This document shows positions 47,400-55,847 of a stretch of DNA of 60,480 nucleotides, piece after piece. Position 1 is the stretch's first letter, and every line of letters begins with the position of its first letter. Below the pieces are notes generated by a model, which was not told where the DNA came from, did not search any database, and saw nothing but the letters and a program-made list of their open reading frames with translations. The translations under genes and the position numbers were made by a program. Source of the DNA: a virus (lineage: Duplodnaviria > Caudoviricetes); IMG/VR virus record IMGVR_UViG_3300025392_000294, positions 1 to 60,480 of that record; one strand, given 5' to 3'.

Positions 47400-48274
47400 T
47401 CTTTTTCCTGTAAATATTGTTGATATTGAGTGCAAAACTTGTTGACCTGACAGAATGTCTCACAACGAGTCCTCTCCCCTGGCCGGGTCACAATCTCGGC
47501 CTTTCCTTTGACGTTAAAGAGGGCTTTGACAGCCTCTTCGTGTGATGCATGCACGCTTGTGGCGCGCTTGTTTCCCTCTTTCATGATGGCGTAAGAGGTT
47601 TGTTTTTCCCACATCTGCTCGGGTGTGCAGGGCGGCAGGTCGCCACCCATCTCGATGTCCATCTCGGCGTTGGAGTGTTCTTTGATCCGCTCGATGATGA
47701 ATGCTTCTCTGACCTCAAAAGGCCATAGATGGATCGGTATGACCTTAATCGGTGCGTCTGGGTATCCTTGCCTAGACTCGGCGTCTCTGCGGCTCCAATC
47801 GCGAATAATGGCCACGATTTCTACCTTCTTGACCGGCATCTGTTTGACCTTTTCGACTAGCCAAGCATAGATGTTGAGCTGTAATTCCCAGTCGATCTTC
47901 TCATTCATGACCGCCCAAGCACCGGTGGTCTTGTAGTCGTTGATGGTGACAGACCCATCGTCGTTGATGATCTGTAGGTCGATAGCACCGGATATCTTCC
48001 ATCCCTCGAGGGTGGTGGTGATCCGCTCTTCTACGACGTGATTGTCTGCCTTGCCGTGCTCTAGGATGCCGTGGATGGCTGTGCCAAAGATCGACCATAC
48101 GTTCTCAGTCACGTCGCTCTCGAGCTCATCCATGTGGGCTTTGCGCAGCTGCACCAACCTGGGGGCAGTGATCAGCTCGGTGGCAGATAGATTCGCCTGA
48201 CCCTTGCTGTAGGTCGGGCGTTTCATAATGTTGACGAAAGTCTCGGGGAGATTGAATTTATTCGTTATCTTCAT
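47396..48274 (-). CDS. PD-(D/E)XK exonuclease
   Basis: GTAIHGILE, ISGAIDL, INDYKTT, QLNIYAWL; C-terminal Cys cluster. Confidence 0.8.
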   Translation of the reverse strand: MKITNKFNLPETFVNIMKRPTYSKGQANLSATELITAPRLVQLRKAHMDELESDVTENVWSIFGTAIHGILEHGKADNHVVEERITTTLEGWKISGAIDLQIINDDGSVTINDYKTTGAWAVMNEKIDWELQLNIYAWLVEKVKQMPVKKVEIVAIIRDWSRRDAESRQGYPDAPIKVIPIHLWPFEVREAFIIERIKEHSNAEMDIEMGGDLPPCTPEQMWEKQTSYAIMKEGNKRATSVHASHEEAVKALFNVKGKAEIVTRPGERTRCETFCQVNKFCTQYQQYLQEKE

Positions 48275-48443
48275 CTCTGACTTCCATCATTGCGTTTGCA
48301 AAGCCATAAGCTATGCGAGCAGTTGAGTATTCGTTAGCCGCGTCTCCATTGGCTATTAGTCCTTGAAGAGCCTGGGCGGCAAAATAGTCTCGCAAGCTCA
48401 TGCCGGTCTGTTCTGTATTGTTGGGGTTTGGGAATGCGTTCAC
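48258..48443 (-). CDS. Small phage protein (GMSLRDYFAA family)
   Basis: GTG start after AGGAG; AFP...GMSLRDYFAAQALQG. Confidence 0.65.
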   Translation of the reverse strand: MNAFPNPNNTEQTGMSLRDYFAAQALQGLIANGDAANEYSTARIAYGFANAMMEVRDEDNE

Positions 48444-48477
48444 TGTTTCTCCTGTAGAATGTTTGGTTGGGACACAC

Positions 48478-48506
48478 ATTGTATTAAATTAATTCATGTC
48501 TTGCAA
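48478..48506 (-). promoter_or_regulatory. Sigma70-like promoter for the recombination operon
   Basis: Minus strand TTGCAA-17 nt-TACAAT. Confidence 0.65.
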
Positions 48507-48514
48507 GGGAATTT

Positions 48515-48826
48515 ATGGCAACGTCCACAACACAGTTGAGTCTCAAGCACATGAGGGAGAGAGGGTTTTATGCGGAAGTCGTTGAAAGATTTAACTTTTT
48601 TACCAAGCGAAAGAATGATTTTGCTGGTTTCATTGACATACTTTGTCTGTCAGAAGGTGTGGTTGTGGGTGTCCAAACTACCTCCTATGGCAACACAAGC
48701 AGTAGGGTTAATAAGATCAAAGGCCACGAGAATTACCCAATCGTCCTCTCAGCGGGGATAAAGATCGAGGTGCATGGTTGGCGGAAAGTGGACAATCGTT
48801 GGCAAGTCAGAATTATTGAGTTATGA
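48515..48826 (+). CDS. Small PD-(D/E)XK nuclease / resolvase-like protein
   Basis: DFAGFIDILC...VGVQTTS...IEVHGWRK. Confidence 0.6.
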   Translation: MATSTTQLSLKHMRERGFYAEVVERFNFFTKRKNDFAGFIDILCLSEGVVVGVQTTSYGNTSSRVNKIKGHENYPIVLSAGIKIEVHGWRKVDNRWQVRIIEL

Positions 48827-48827
48827 T
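48799..48827 (+). promoter_or_regulatory. Sigma70-like promoter for the candidate antisense sRNA
   Basis: TTGGCA-17 nt-TATGAT inside the end of the upstream CDS. Confidence 0.6.
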
Positions 48828-48834
48828 TTGGTTT

Positions 48835-48895
48835 GTTTCCTGTAGTTGCTACTCCTTTGAGGGGTTTATCCCGGCCTAGTGTCGGGATTTTTTTT
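48835..48895 (+). ncRNA. Candidate trans-acting sRNA antisense to the early-gene RBS leaders
   Basis: 5' GUUUCCUGUAGUUGC is complementary to the consensus GCAACUAC..AGGAAAC leader; small hairpin; terminator ATCCCGGC/GTCGGGAT plus T run. Confidence 0.6.
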
Positions 48896-48910
48896 GTGCT
48901 AATATTTATC

Positions 48911-48994
48911 GTTGGCGAAGCGGATTAGCCCCGCGGGAATGCGTGAAATGTAAGAGTGTTGCTCATCCCGACCCTGCTTCATGGGAGCGCCAAC
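48911..48994 (+). ncRNA. Candidate structured small RNA
   Basis: Closing stem GTTGGCG/CGCCAAC with nested AAGCGG/CTGCTT and GGGAATG/CATCCC; extended -10 TGcTAATAT just upstream. Confidence 0.45.
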
Positions 48995-48997
48995 AAG

Positions 48998-49027
48998 TTG
49001 ACAGCGTTTTAAATAGTTTGATATACT
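48998..49027 (+). promoter_or_regulatory. Strong sigma70-like promoter for the replication-side operon
   Basis: TTGACA-18 nt-TATACT with TGn extension; -35 overlapped by CAACAAGTTG. Confidence 0.7.
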
Positions 49028-49033
49028 GCGCTC

Positions 49034-49150
49034 ACATTGGTGGGGATCAATGTAAAACCGTTTAGAGATGTATTCTGACTTTACCTAATAGCGGAGTGGC
49101 TTATTAGGCAAGGTATCCCCCAGAATGCATCGTCTAAGCGGTTTTTTTTT
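49034..49150 (+). terminator. Leader with long hairpin and T9 (attenuator-like)
   Basis: AAAACCGTTTAGA/TCTAAGCGGTTTT plus GATGTATTCTG/CAGAATGCATC, then T9. Confidence 0.55.
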
Positions 49151-49529
49151 CGTCCCTACACAATGTCGTACTCCGCACGTTAGCAAGCACCTGTATGGGT
49201 GGCGCGGAAGAGAACACGCGTATCGGCAAGACCAACCGGTGCGTTCTAGACTTGTTCAGGTACTAGAGCAGACATAAGTGATATGTGACCCAGCTTTGCA
49301 CTTATCTCGATGAATGAATCACTTCGGTGGATCGTCCAGTGATGGCCGGTCGTTAGCCAAAAAGCGGACAGAAGCGCCCTTTTGGTGGACACAGTGACCT
49401 ACAGCGCTCAGGAGGGCCCCCCAGTCACCCGGCATAGCTATGTCTAAAGCCGTTTTGTCTATTAGGGAAAACACCTAGAGACGCTTGTCTGTGTAACGTC
49501 CAAAATCACCTCCTCAACAAAGGAGAACT

Positions 49530-49718
49530 ATGGACACACACCCCACTGAAAGGCGCTTTCCGCGCACGCTGAACGAGGCGTTTCCACACACGATGGAGTA
49601 CGGCGCTTGTATTTTTATCTATCCACGAGCAAAGACTGGTTACGCTTATGTGGCGGTCACTCTTAGCGTGGCCATCGCTCTAGTCTTGATTGTGAGGAAC
49701 CTATGCATCCTTTCATAA
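49530..49718 (+). CDS. Small membrane protein
   Basis: AAGGAG RBS; RRFPRTLNEAFP; C-terminal TM. Confidence 0.65.
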   Translation: MDTHPTERRFPRTLNEAFPHTMEYGACIFIYPRAKTGYAYVAVTLSVAIALVLIVRNLCILS

Positions 49719-49858
49719 ACTTGCTTGTGGAATTGCACAACCACCTTGATGAGGTCAACAAGTTGGTAGAGAAGATTGCGACCGACTATGCGTACATGGT
49801 CAAGCGGACAGAAGAACTCGAGAAGAAGATATTTTGGTTGGAGAACAATGATGCGTGA
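49703..49858 (+). CDS. Short coiled-coil protein
   Basis: Hand-translated MHPFINLLVELHNHLDEVNKL...; GAGGA RBS. Confidence 0.5.
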   Translation: MHPFINLLVELHNHLDEVNKLVEKIATDYAYMVKRTEELEKKIFWLENNDA

Positions 49859-50123
49859 AGGTTTCCCTACGATTGCCCAGCCTGTGTTTGTTTATATGGG
49901 TATCACTTATTTGCCGATCTATCAAAGACCGCTGTCAAAGCTTTGGTACACGTCGCCATCCAAGACGCTGTACACCGCAAAACAGTTGGCCGATGCCGGC
50001 GCGCAGATGGTCATGCTTGATCTGTGGGAGCGCCCTTGGTTGACTGAGATGATCAAGATAAAAGACAACACAACATCGGGGGAGATAAAACGTGAGTATC
50101 AAAGGATTTTCGGAATTGTATGA
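49848..50123 (+). CDS. Hypothetical protein
   Basis: GGAG RBS before MMREGF. Confidence 0.55.
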   Translation: MMREGFPTIAQPVFVYMGITYLPIYQRPLSKLWYTSPSKTLYTAKQLADAGAQMVMLDLWERPWLTEMIKIKDNTTSGEIKREYQRIFGIV

Positions 50124-50535
50124 AGAGTGGAAAATTTTAAAGGAGCAACAAATGAAACCACAATTATTTAGAACAACGACAAACGTCACAAGAGAAACAT
50201 TCAACTATGTAGTCAACAATCCTGGCTGTGTAGCGTCAGATATTGTTAAACACATCTCAAGTAAGGGAATGAATCCAAGCTCTGCATCGGCCATCTTAAC
50301 GGCGTGCATAAAGCAAAACATGATCAAAAGAGAAGATGGTCGTTACTATGCTTTGCAAAAAGAATACACGCCGCTGAAGTACAAAAATAAAAACACAAAA
50401 CCGAAAGTCAAAAAAGAACCGCCAGTAGTCAAGACCGCCCCAAGACTTTCTGCCGAGTACATTGTCGAGCACATTGGTATAGCCGAAGCAAAAGTATTGT
50501 ATCGAGAACTCAAAGAGATATTTGAAAATGTCTAA
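50092..50535 (+). CDS. Winged-helix-like DNA-binding protein
   Basis: TFNYVVNNPG....I.......SSASAIL.......I.R...RYYA. Confidence 0.5.
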   Translation: MSIKGFSELYEEWKILKEQQMKPQLFRTTTNVTRETFNYVVNNPGCVASDIVKHISSKGMNPSSASAILTACIKQNMIKREDGRYYALQKEYTPLKYKNKNTKPKVKKEPPVVKTAPRLSAEYIVEHIGIAEAKVLYRELKEIFENV

Positions 50536-50627
50536 TGCTCTCTTGTGGATATTGGCATTATCGGGCGTGGTAGCAATATTCATTGTTGCCTGCTGTATTG
50601 CGTGGGCTTGCATACAGGAGTTTAAAG

Positions 50628-50975
50628 ATGACTAAAGAAGAATTACTTGACCGACTTGCATTTGAAGTGCTTAAGAGTTTACCTCAGTCCCCCCGTGATG
50701 CATATGGCATTGCAGAATACATGATAGAACGCAGACAAGAAATTATTAACAGATGGGCTTTGCGTGAAGCTGTGATTGATGATGGGATTGAACATCTTAA
50801 TTTGACCGTGCGTTCTGAGCGTTGTCTAAAAGCGGATGATATTTTTACCATCACACAATTAATTAATTGCACTGAGCTACGTTTGCTTAGAACTCCAAAT
50901 TTGGGTCGCAAAAGCATAAAAGAAATTATTGAGCGGTTAGATGAAAAAGGTTTGAAGTTAAGGGGACAAGAATGA
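50628..50975 (+). CDS. RNA polymerase alpha C-terminal-domain-like protein
   Basis: IEHLNLTVRSERCLKADDIFTITQL....E..LLRTPNLGRKSIKEI...L...GL.L resembles the RpoA CTD (LELTVRSANCLKAE...LLKTPNLGKKSLTEI). Confidence 0.85.
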   Translation: MTKEELLDRLAFEVLKSLPQSPRDAYGIAEYMIERRQEIINRWALREAVIDDGIEHLNLTVRSERCLKADDIFTITQLINCTELRLLRTPNLGRKSIKEIIERLDEKGLKLRGQE

Positions 50976-51256
50976 CAAACATGGAAATACTACAACTCGC
51001 AGATCAATGCGGGGTTATAGCAGTTACCAAACATGAATGGGATGGTAAACGATTTAACCATACCGATGATTATTTGGACGGTGATGGAGCGGGTTTGGTT
51101 ATTTTTGCGAAGGCAATAGCAGAGCGTGAGCGTGAGGCGTGTGCAAAGATTGTAGAAAACAGAATTTTGCATGACAAAAATGAAAATATTAAAAAAGGAT
51201 ATTTTTATGCTCAACAAAGTATTACTCAAGATATTCGAGCAAGGGGACAAGAATGA
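50972..51256 (+). CDS. Small phage protein (AEREACAK..IRARG family)
   Basis: EREACAKIV...IRARGQE. Confidence 0.6.
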   Translation: MTNMEILQLADQCGVIAVTKHEWDGKRFNHTDDYLDGDGAGLVIFAKAIAEREREACAKIVENRILHDKNENIKKGYFYAQQSITQDIRARGQE

Positions 51257-51426
51257 AAACCAAACAAGAAATCAAAGACGAGATAAATGAATTGTATGGT
51301 GCAAACCAAGCATTGATTGAGGCAATGAATCAACTGCACAAGCAACAGATGGATACAACAAAGAAGATGTTTGCCTTAAGCAATATGCTGAGGGAGATGG
51401 AGGATAAAGATGGAAAAAACATTTGA
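51253..51426 (+). CDS. Short coiled-coil protein
   Basis: Hand-translated MKTKQEIKDEINELYGANQAL...; ATGA overlap. Confidence 0.5.
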   Translation: MKTKQEIKDEINELYGANQALIEAMNQLHKQQMDTTKKMFALSNMLREMEDKDGKNI

Positions 51427-51847
51427 AGCAATCCACAAACTGAAAGAGATAGAGATTGAGTTGCACCGCTTGAAGAACGCACTGGAGATGGCGAACAAGG
51501 CGTTAGACAAAACCCAATCTGTGGGCTGTGCTGAATGTGGCGCTAGTGGCGGCCATGCGCTTTATTGCGTTGCTTGTGCTGAAAAATATGTGATTAAGGG
51601 GGCCGTGCTGGTTGAGGAAATGCAACGCGAGCAAGACTGCGTGGGTTGGTTTGGCTATGACGAGGCATTGCGTCTTTGGTTTGAAACAAACAAAAATGAT
51701 GATTGCGCTATCCCGCTGTACAAAGACCAACAGCGCACATGGGTAGGACTGACGGATGAGGACATACAAAAATTAGCCGCAGAGCAACACGATTGGGAAA
51801 GTTTATATCTTGCAGTTCAAGCAAAACTAAAGGAGAAGAACACATGA
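51410..51847 (+). CDS. Mosaic small phage protein with Zn ribbon
   Basis: CAEC...CVAC; WVGLTDED..AKLKEKNT. Confidence 0.6.
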   Translation: MEKTFEAIHKLKEIEIELHRLKNALEMANKALDKTQSVGCAECGASGGHALYCVACAEKYVIKGAVLVEEMQREQDCVGWFGYDEALRLWFETNKNDDCAIPLYKDQQRTWVGLTDEDIQKLAAEQHDWESLYLAVQAKLKEKNT

Positions 51848-52095
51848 AAAAATGGTACGGGTTTGACGATTGCGTCATTGGCACCGCTTGCATTTGGCGA
51901 GACCAAATAACTGTTGAGGTACTGGTTTACAGTGGCGACGAGATGGTTGACCTGTTAATGAGTAGAGACGGCATGAACGAAGAAGATGCTCATGAATTTC
52001 TTGAGTTCAATGTCATAGGCGCGTACATCGGTATTGATACACCGGTGATTAGTTTTGAAGATCCAGATTGGGACGAAAGAGATTATGAAGATTAA
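51844..52095 (+). CDS. Hypothetical protein
   Basis: GFDDCVIG...DGM.EEDA.EF.EFNVIGAY.G..TP. Confidence 0.6.
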   Translation: MKKWYGFDDCVIGTACIWRDQITVEVLVYSGDEMVDLLMSRDGMNEEDAHEFLEFNVIGAYIGIDTPVISFEDPDWDERDYED

Positions 52096-52846
52096 TTTAG
52101 AAAAAATCAGAATTGATGGTGACACACAATCAAGAGAGTCACTTAGGGAGGTAACGGTTCAAGAGTACACCGAGAAACTATTGGACGGCGAGGCATTCAC
52201 CGCCATCAGGATAGTTTACGATGGCAAGGACTGGTGGCTGGCCGATGGGTTTCACAGATACTTTGCTCACAAACGCGCAAAGATCAATACGATTGAGGCC
52301 GACATCATTAACGGCACAAAGCGCGATGCGTGGTTGTATTCATTGAAAGCCAACGGCAAGCATGGACTACCAAGATCGAACGAAGACAAGCGCAGAAGTG
52401 TGATGCGTGCTCTCAATGATATTGAGCTGTGTGATAAATCAAACATTGAGCTGGCAAAGATATGCGATGTATCAGACATGACGATCGGTCGCATTCGCAA
52501 AGAAATCGAGTTGTTGAAAGAGGTCAAGAAGAAACCAAAAGCCAAGCCTGTTGAGATTGAAGAGGAGTACGTTCAAGACGAAGTGCATGAGCTCCGCACA
52601 GAGAATCAGGCGCTACTCACAGAGAATACTAAACTCAGAGATCAGATGGCGATTGGTATTTTAGAAATCGATGACGAAGAAAAAATAACCATACAAGAAA
52701 CTGTGGAATCGTTGCGCGCTGAAGTTTCTCGCTTACAATCTTTATTGGACGCCATGACTATCAGTAGGAATGACTTCCAGCAAAAGGCTGCCGACGCTAT
52801 CAATCAAATCAAATATTGGAAACGTAAGGCAGAGAAATCAAAGTGA
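52085..52846 (+). CDS. ParB/Srx-fold protein with HTH and coiled coil
   Basis: LADGFHRY (GxxR), AN..HGLP, SN.ELAKICDVSDMTIGRIR helix-turn-helix. Confidence 0.75.
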   Translation: MKINLEKIRIDGDTQSRESLREVTVQEYTEKLLDGEAFTAIRIVYDGKDWWLADGFHRYFAHKRAKINTIEADIINGTKRDAWLYSLKANGKHGLPRSNEDKRRSVMRALNDIELCDKSNIELAKICDVSDMTIGRIRKEIELLKEVKKKPKAKPVEIEEEYVQDEVHELRTENQALLTENTKLRDQMAIGILEIDDEEKITIQETVESLRAEVSRLQSLLDAMTISRNDFQQKAADAINQIKYWKRKAEKSK

Positions 52847-52875
52847 AGTTGGGCACTATCCCATCGGAGTTTTAA

Positions 52876-54351
52876 ATGCTAGAACTAAGACCCCACCAGA
52901 TTGAGGTGGTAGAAAAAATCAATCAGGGCTTTCTTGATGGACATAGAGCTCAACTGCTTTATGCTCCAACAGGATTCGGTAAGACCGAGGTCGCCATCCA
53001 ACTTATGCAGAACATTGCCAAGCAATACAAACGTGTTGCTATGGTGATGGATCGCATTGTGTTGGTGAATCAAACCAGTACACGCCTTGCGCGGTATCAG
53101 ATTCAACATGGCGTCATGCAGTCCGATCATTGGCGCTACCGCCCAACAGAGCGCATACAGATATGCTCCGCCCAAACCCTCGAGAAACGTGACACCTTTC
53201 CTGATCTTGATTACCTCATCATCGATGAGTGTCACGTTCAGCGCAGAAGTGTTGTTAAGTTCATTGAGCAAAACCCTGAGCTGAGAGTCATTGGATTGAC
53301 CGCCACGCCGTTTACCGCGGGGCTCGGCGACGTGTACTCCCATGTGGTTGGTGCGAGCTCCACAGAGGATTTGATCGACAAGGGCTGGTTGATGCCCATG
53401 AAGATTTTTATCTCAAAAGAAATCGATATGACGGGCGTGACCAAGGTTGCTGGCGAGTGGTCACAGGATCAAGTGACGGAGCGGGGCATGAAGATCACCG
53501 GCGATATCGTCACAGAATGGATCAAGAAAACGCACGACATCTTTGGCGCACCCAAAAAGACTGTTGTGTTCTGTGCTGGGGTTGCCCACGGCAGAGACCT
53601 CGAGCAACAATTTAAATCGCAAGGGTATAACTTTAAATCAATCTCTTACCTCGAGGAAGACGATTACAAGCGAGAGATCATCGAGGACTTTGGCAAGCCC
53701 GACACAAAGATTCATGGCCTGATAGCCACAGACATACTCACCCGCGGATTCGACGTCCCTGACGTGCTGATAGGCGTCTCGGCGAGGCCTTTCTCCAAGT
53801 CATTCAGCTCGCACGTCCAGCAGATGGGCAGGATCATGCGTCCATCGCCCAACAAAACCTTTGGCGTTTGGCTGGATCACTCCGGTAACTATCTCCGATT
53901 CAGAAACGATTGGGACAAACTCTTCACTGAGGGCGTGACGGAGCTCGAGAATGGAGACGGCGAGAAAGCTAAGAAAGAGCCGACCGAGAAGGAAAAGAAA
54001 GACTCGAAATGTCCATCGTGCGGTGGATTGTGGGTGGCTGGCGAGCTCAATTGCGTGCATTGTGGGTTCACCAGGCCGTTGCGTGGCGTTGCAAGCGTTC
54101 CTGGAGAGCTCATCGAGTTGGCGGGCATACAGAAGGCGTCGATGGAGATCAACAAGACGTTTTATGCCGAGCTCTTGCACTATTCCCGCTCAAGAGGTTA
54201 TAAAGATGGCTGGGCGGCACACAAATACAAGGAAAAGTTCGGGGCTTTCCCGCCTCGTGGTGATCACACGCCGATCCCAACTTCACAAAAGACTGTTAAC
54301 TGGATTAGATCAAGGCAAATAGCATGGGCTAAAGGCCAACAAAAAGCATGA
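52876..54351 (+). CDS. Superfamily 2 (SSL2/DExH) helicase with C-terminal Zn ribbon
   Basis: APTGFGKT, IIDECH, GLTATP, RGFDVP, QQMGRIMR, CPSC..CVHC. Confidence 0.9.
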   Translation: MLELRPHQIEVVEKINQGFLDGHRAQLLYAPTGFGKTEVAIQLMQNIAKQYKRVAMVMDRIVLVNQTSTRLARYQIQHGVMQSDHWRYRPTERIQICSAQTLEKRDTFPDLDYLIIDECHVQRRSVVKFIEQNPELRVIGLTATPFTAGLGDVYSHVVGASSTEDLIDKGWLMPMKIFISKEIDMTGVTKVAGEWSQDQVTERGMKITGDIVTEWIKKTHDIFGAPKKTVVFCAGVAHGRDLEQQFKSQGYNFKSISYLEEDDYKREIIEDFGKPDTKIHGLIATDILTRGFDVPDVLIGVSARPFSKSFSSHVQQMGRIMRPSPNKTFGVWLDHSGNYLRFRNDWDKLFTEGVTELENGDGEKAKKEPTEKEKKDSKCPSCGGLWVAGELNCVHCGFTRPLRGVASVPGELIELAGIQKASMEINKTFYAELLHYSRSRGYKDGWAAHKYKEKFGAFPPRGDHTPIPTSQKTVNWIRSRQIAWAKGQQKA

Positions 54352-55124
54352 GATTTGAAGAATTTGCATTTGAACACGGCCTCGTGATCGACAATCTGTC
54401 TCTTGATAAGTGGATTCGAGTCAAGACTTTGGACAAACCCAACAAGTTGAATGGCGCCTATGTCTTTGATGGACAGGGCGGGGCGGTCATCAACTTTGCC
54501 ACTATGGAGAAACACGCTATCTTTAAATCCGATAAGCCTTATGTGATCGACCATGACAAGATCAAGCGCGTCAATCAGGAGCGGTTGGATCGTCAGGAAG
54601 AAGCGCGCCGGAAGGCGGTCTACATCGTCAAGTCAGGCGTCTTGTCCACCCATCCTTACTTGATTCGCAAGGGGTTTCCCGAGCGCGGTCTTGTTTGGAA
54701 AGAGTTGCTCGTGGTCACAATGCGAGCGGGGGGTCAACTTGTTGGATGCCAGCTAATCGATAAGATCGGCAACAAAAAGTTCCTGTCGGGGCAGATCACC
54801 AAGGGAGCAAGCCTCGTGATAGACAATAAAGGGCGGGACATACTGGTAGAGGGCTATGCGACTGGTTTATCGGTGCGTAGAGCGCTTAAACTCATGAAGG
54901 CTAGGTATAGGATACACGTCTGTTTCTCGGCCTCTAATATGCTTGAAATCGCGAGGGGTCTGAATCGGCCTCTTGTGGTTGCGGATAACGACCCTGTTGG
55001 CCTGAGCACTGCTCAAAAAATAGCCTCGTGCTATTGGGTGGGTGAGGCTGGGGAGGATTTTAATGATTTTGAGACTCGGGTGGGGGCTCGGGAGGCTGGT
55101 GAGTCTCTTGTGAAATTGTTGTAG
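54348..55124 (+). CDS. Toprim-domain primase
   Basis: LVEGYATG, VVADND, DFND. Confidence 0.85.
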   Translation: MRFEEFAFEHGLVIDNLSLDKWIRVKTLDKPNKLNGAYVFDGQGGAVINFATMEKHAIFKSDKPYVIDHDKIKRVNQERLDRQEEARRKAVYIVKSGVLSTHPYLIRKGFPERGLVWKELLVVTMRAGGQLVGCQLIDKIGNKKFLSGQITKGASLVIDNKGRDILVEGYATGLSVRRALKLMKARYRIHVCFSASNMLEIARGLNRPLVVADNDPVGLSTAQKIASCYWVGEAGEDFNDFETRVGAREAGESLVKLL

Positions 55125-55190
55125 GGTCAACAAGTTGGGGGCAGTCTGCGCAACCGATAGATTGGCAGACCCCCAGTTCCTCGCACCGAG

Positions 55191-55394
55191 TCAAACCTCT
55201 TCCTCGCGGATATTGCACCGCTCAATGTCAGTTGTTTGTAGGTCGGTGATATCGTCTACATTGAAGAGCTCATAATCTAGATTGACCGCGACCTCGTGGG
55301 CGTCATCCTCATCCAAGGCGGTCACATAGACGTGGCACAGGGTCGTGTAGGTGGCGCTCACCTTGTATCGTCGTTTAAGCATGGTCATATGCAT
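55191..55394 (-). CDS. Small early protein
   Basis: YKV.ATY....V.A.DED.A.E.A. Confidence 0.55.
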   Translation of the reverse strand: MHMTMLKRRYKVSATYTTLCHVYVTALDEDDAHEVAVNLDYELFNVDDITDLQTTDIERCNIREEEV

Positions 55395-55707
55395 CCCCCA
55401 GTTTGTAGGTTTTGTTCAAAATCCTAAAAAATTTCGTGTTGTCTCTAACAACCTTTCCATCTTCTTCGGTTAAAAAGTAGGCGGTGATAATGAAATCATC
55501 CCCATCAAACCAAAAATTAAGGTCGTACTGGACGCCGTCCACCTCCGTCCAGTCCCATGATTCCATGCCATCATACGAATCCGGATCGAGTTCTCGTGGC
55601 GCCAGTTTAGCCAAAATCTTTGCCCTGAGCATGGGGTCGACCTTTACATACTGGCATTCGCAAACTGTTGGGTGTACTTTCCCGCTCGTGCATTGTTCGC
55701 AAGTCAT
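55375..55707 (-). CDS. Small early protein
   Basis: GGAGG RBS before MTCEQC. Confidence 0.55.
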   Translation of the reverse strand: MTCEQCTSGKVHPTVCECQYVKVDPMLRAKILAKLAPRELDPDSYDGMESWDWTEVDGVQYDLNFWFDGDDFIITAYFLTEEDGKVVRDNTKFFRILNKTYKLGDAYDHA

Positions 55708-55847
55708 GTTGACACCTCCGTCATTTCGAAATTGTAGAGGCGCGCGTACTGCTCGAGGGCATCGTAGCACGCCTCATAAAGGACTTCGTTCGCGAATGTG
55801 GCCGACTCAAAGACGTGGCCATCGATCTCAAAAAATATGGTTATCAT
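55704..55847 (-). CDS. Small early protein
   Basis: Hand-translated MITIFFEIDG...; ATGA overlaps on both sides. Confidence 0.5.
   Translation of the reverse strand: MITIFFEIDGHVFESATFANEVLYEACYDALEQYARLYNFEMTEVST

Noticed and set aside
47396-48274. Cas4 / CRISPR adaptation gene
   Set aside because: PD-(D/E)XK nuclease next to Erf and an SSB-like gene fits a recombination module; no CRISPR context
48911-48994. tRNA gene
   Set aside because: Has a 7-bp closing stem but no TTC-containing T arm, D arm or anticodon arm
52085-52846. Complete plasmid-prophage partition system
   Set aside because: No ParA-like ATPase or Rep initiator recognised, so lifestyle cannot be called
55136-55175. Hairpin at the operon convergence as a ribozyme or ncRNA
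   Set aside because: GTCTGC/GCAGAC stem with no catalytic core or clear U tract; at most a weak bidirectional terminator
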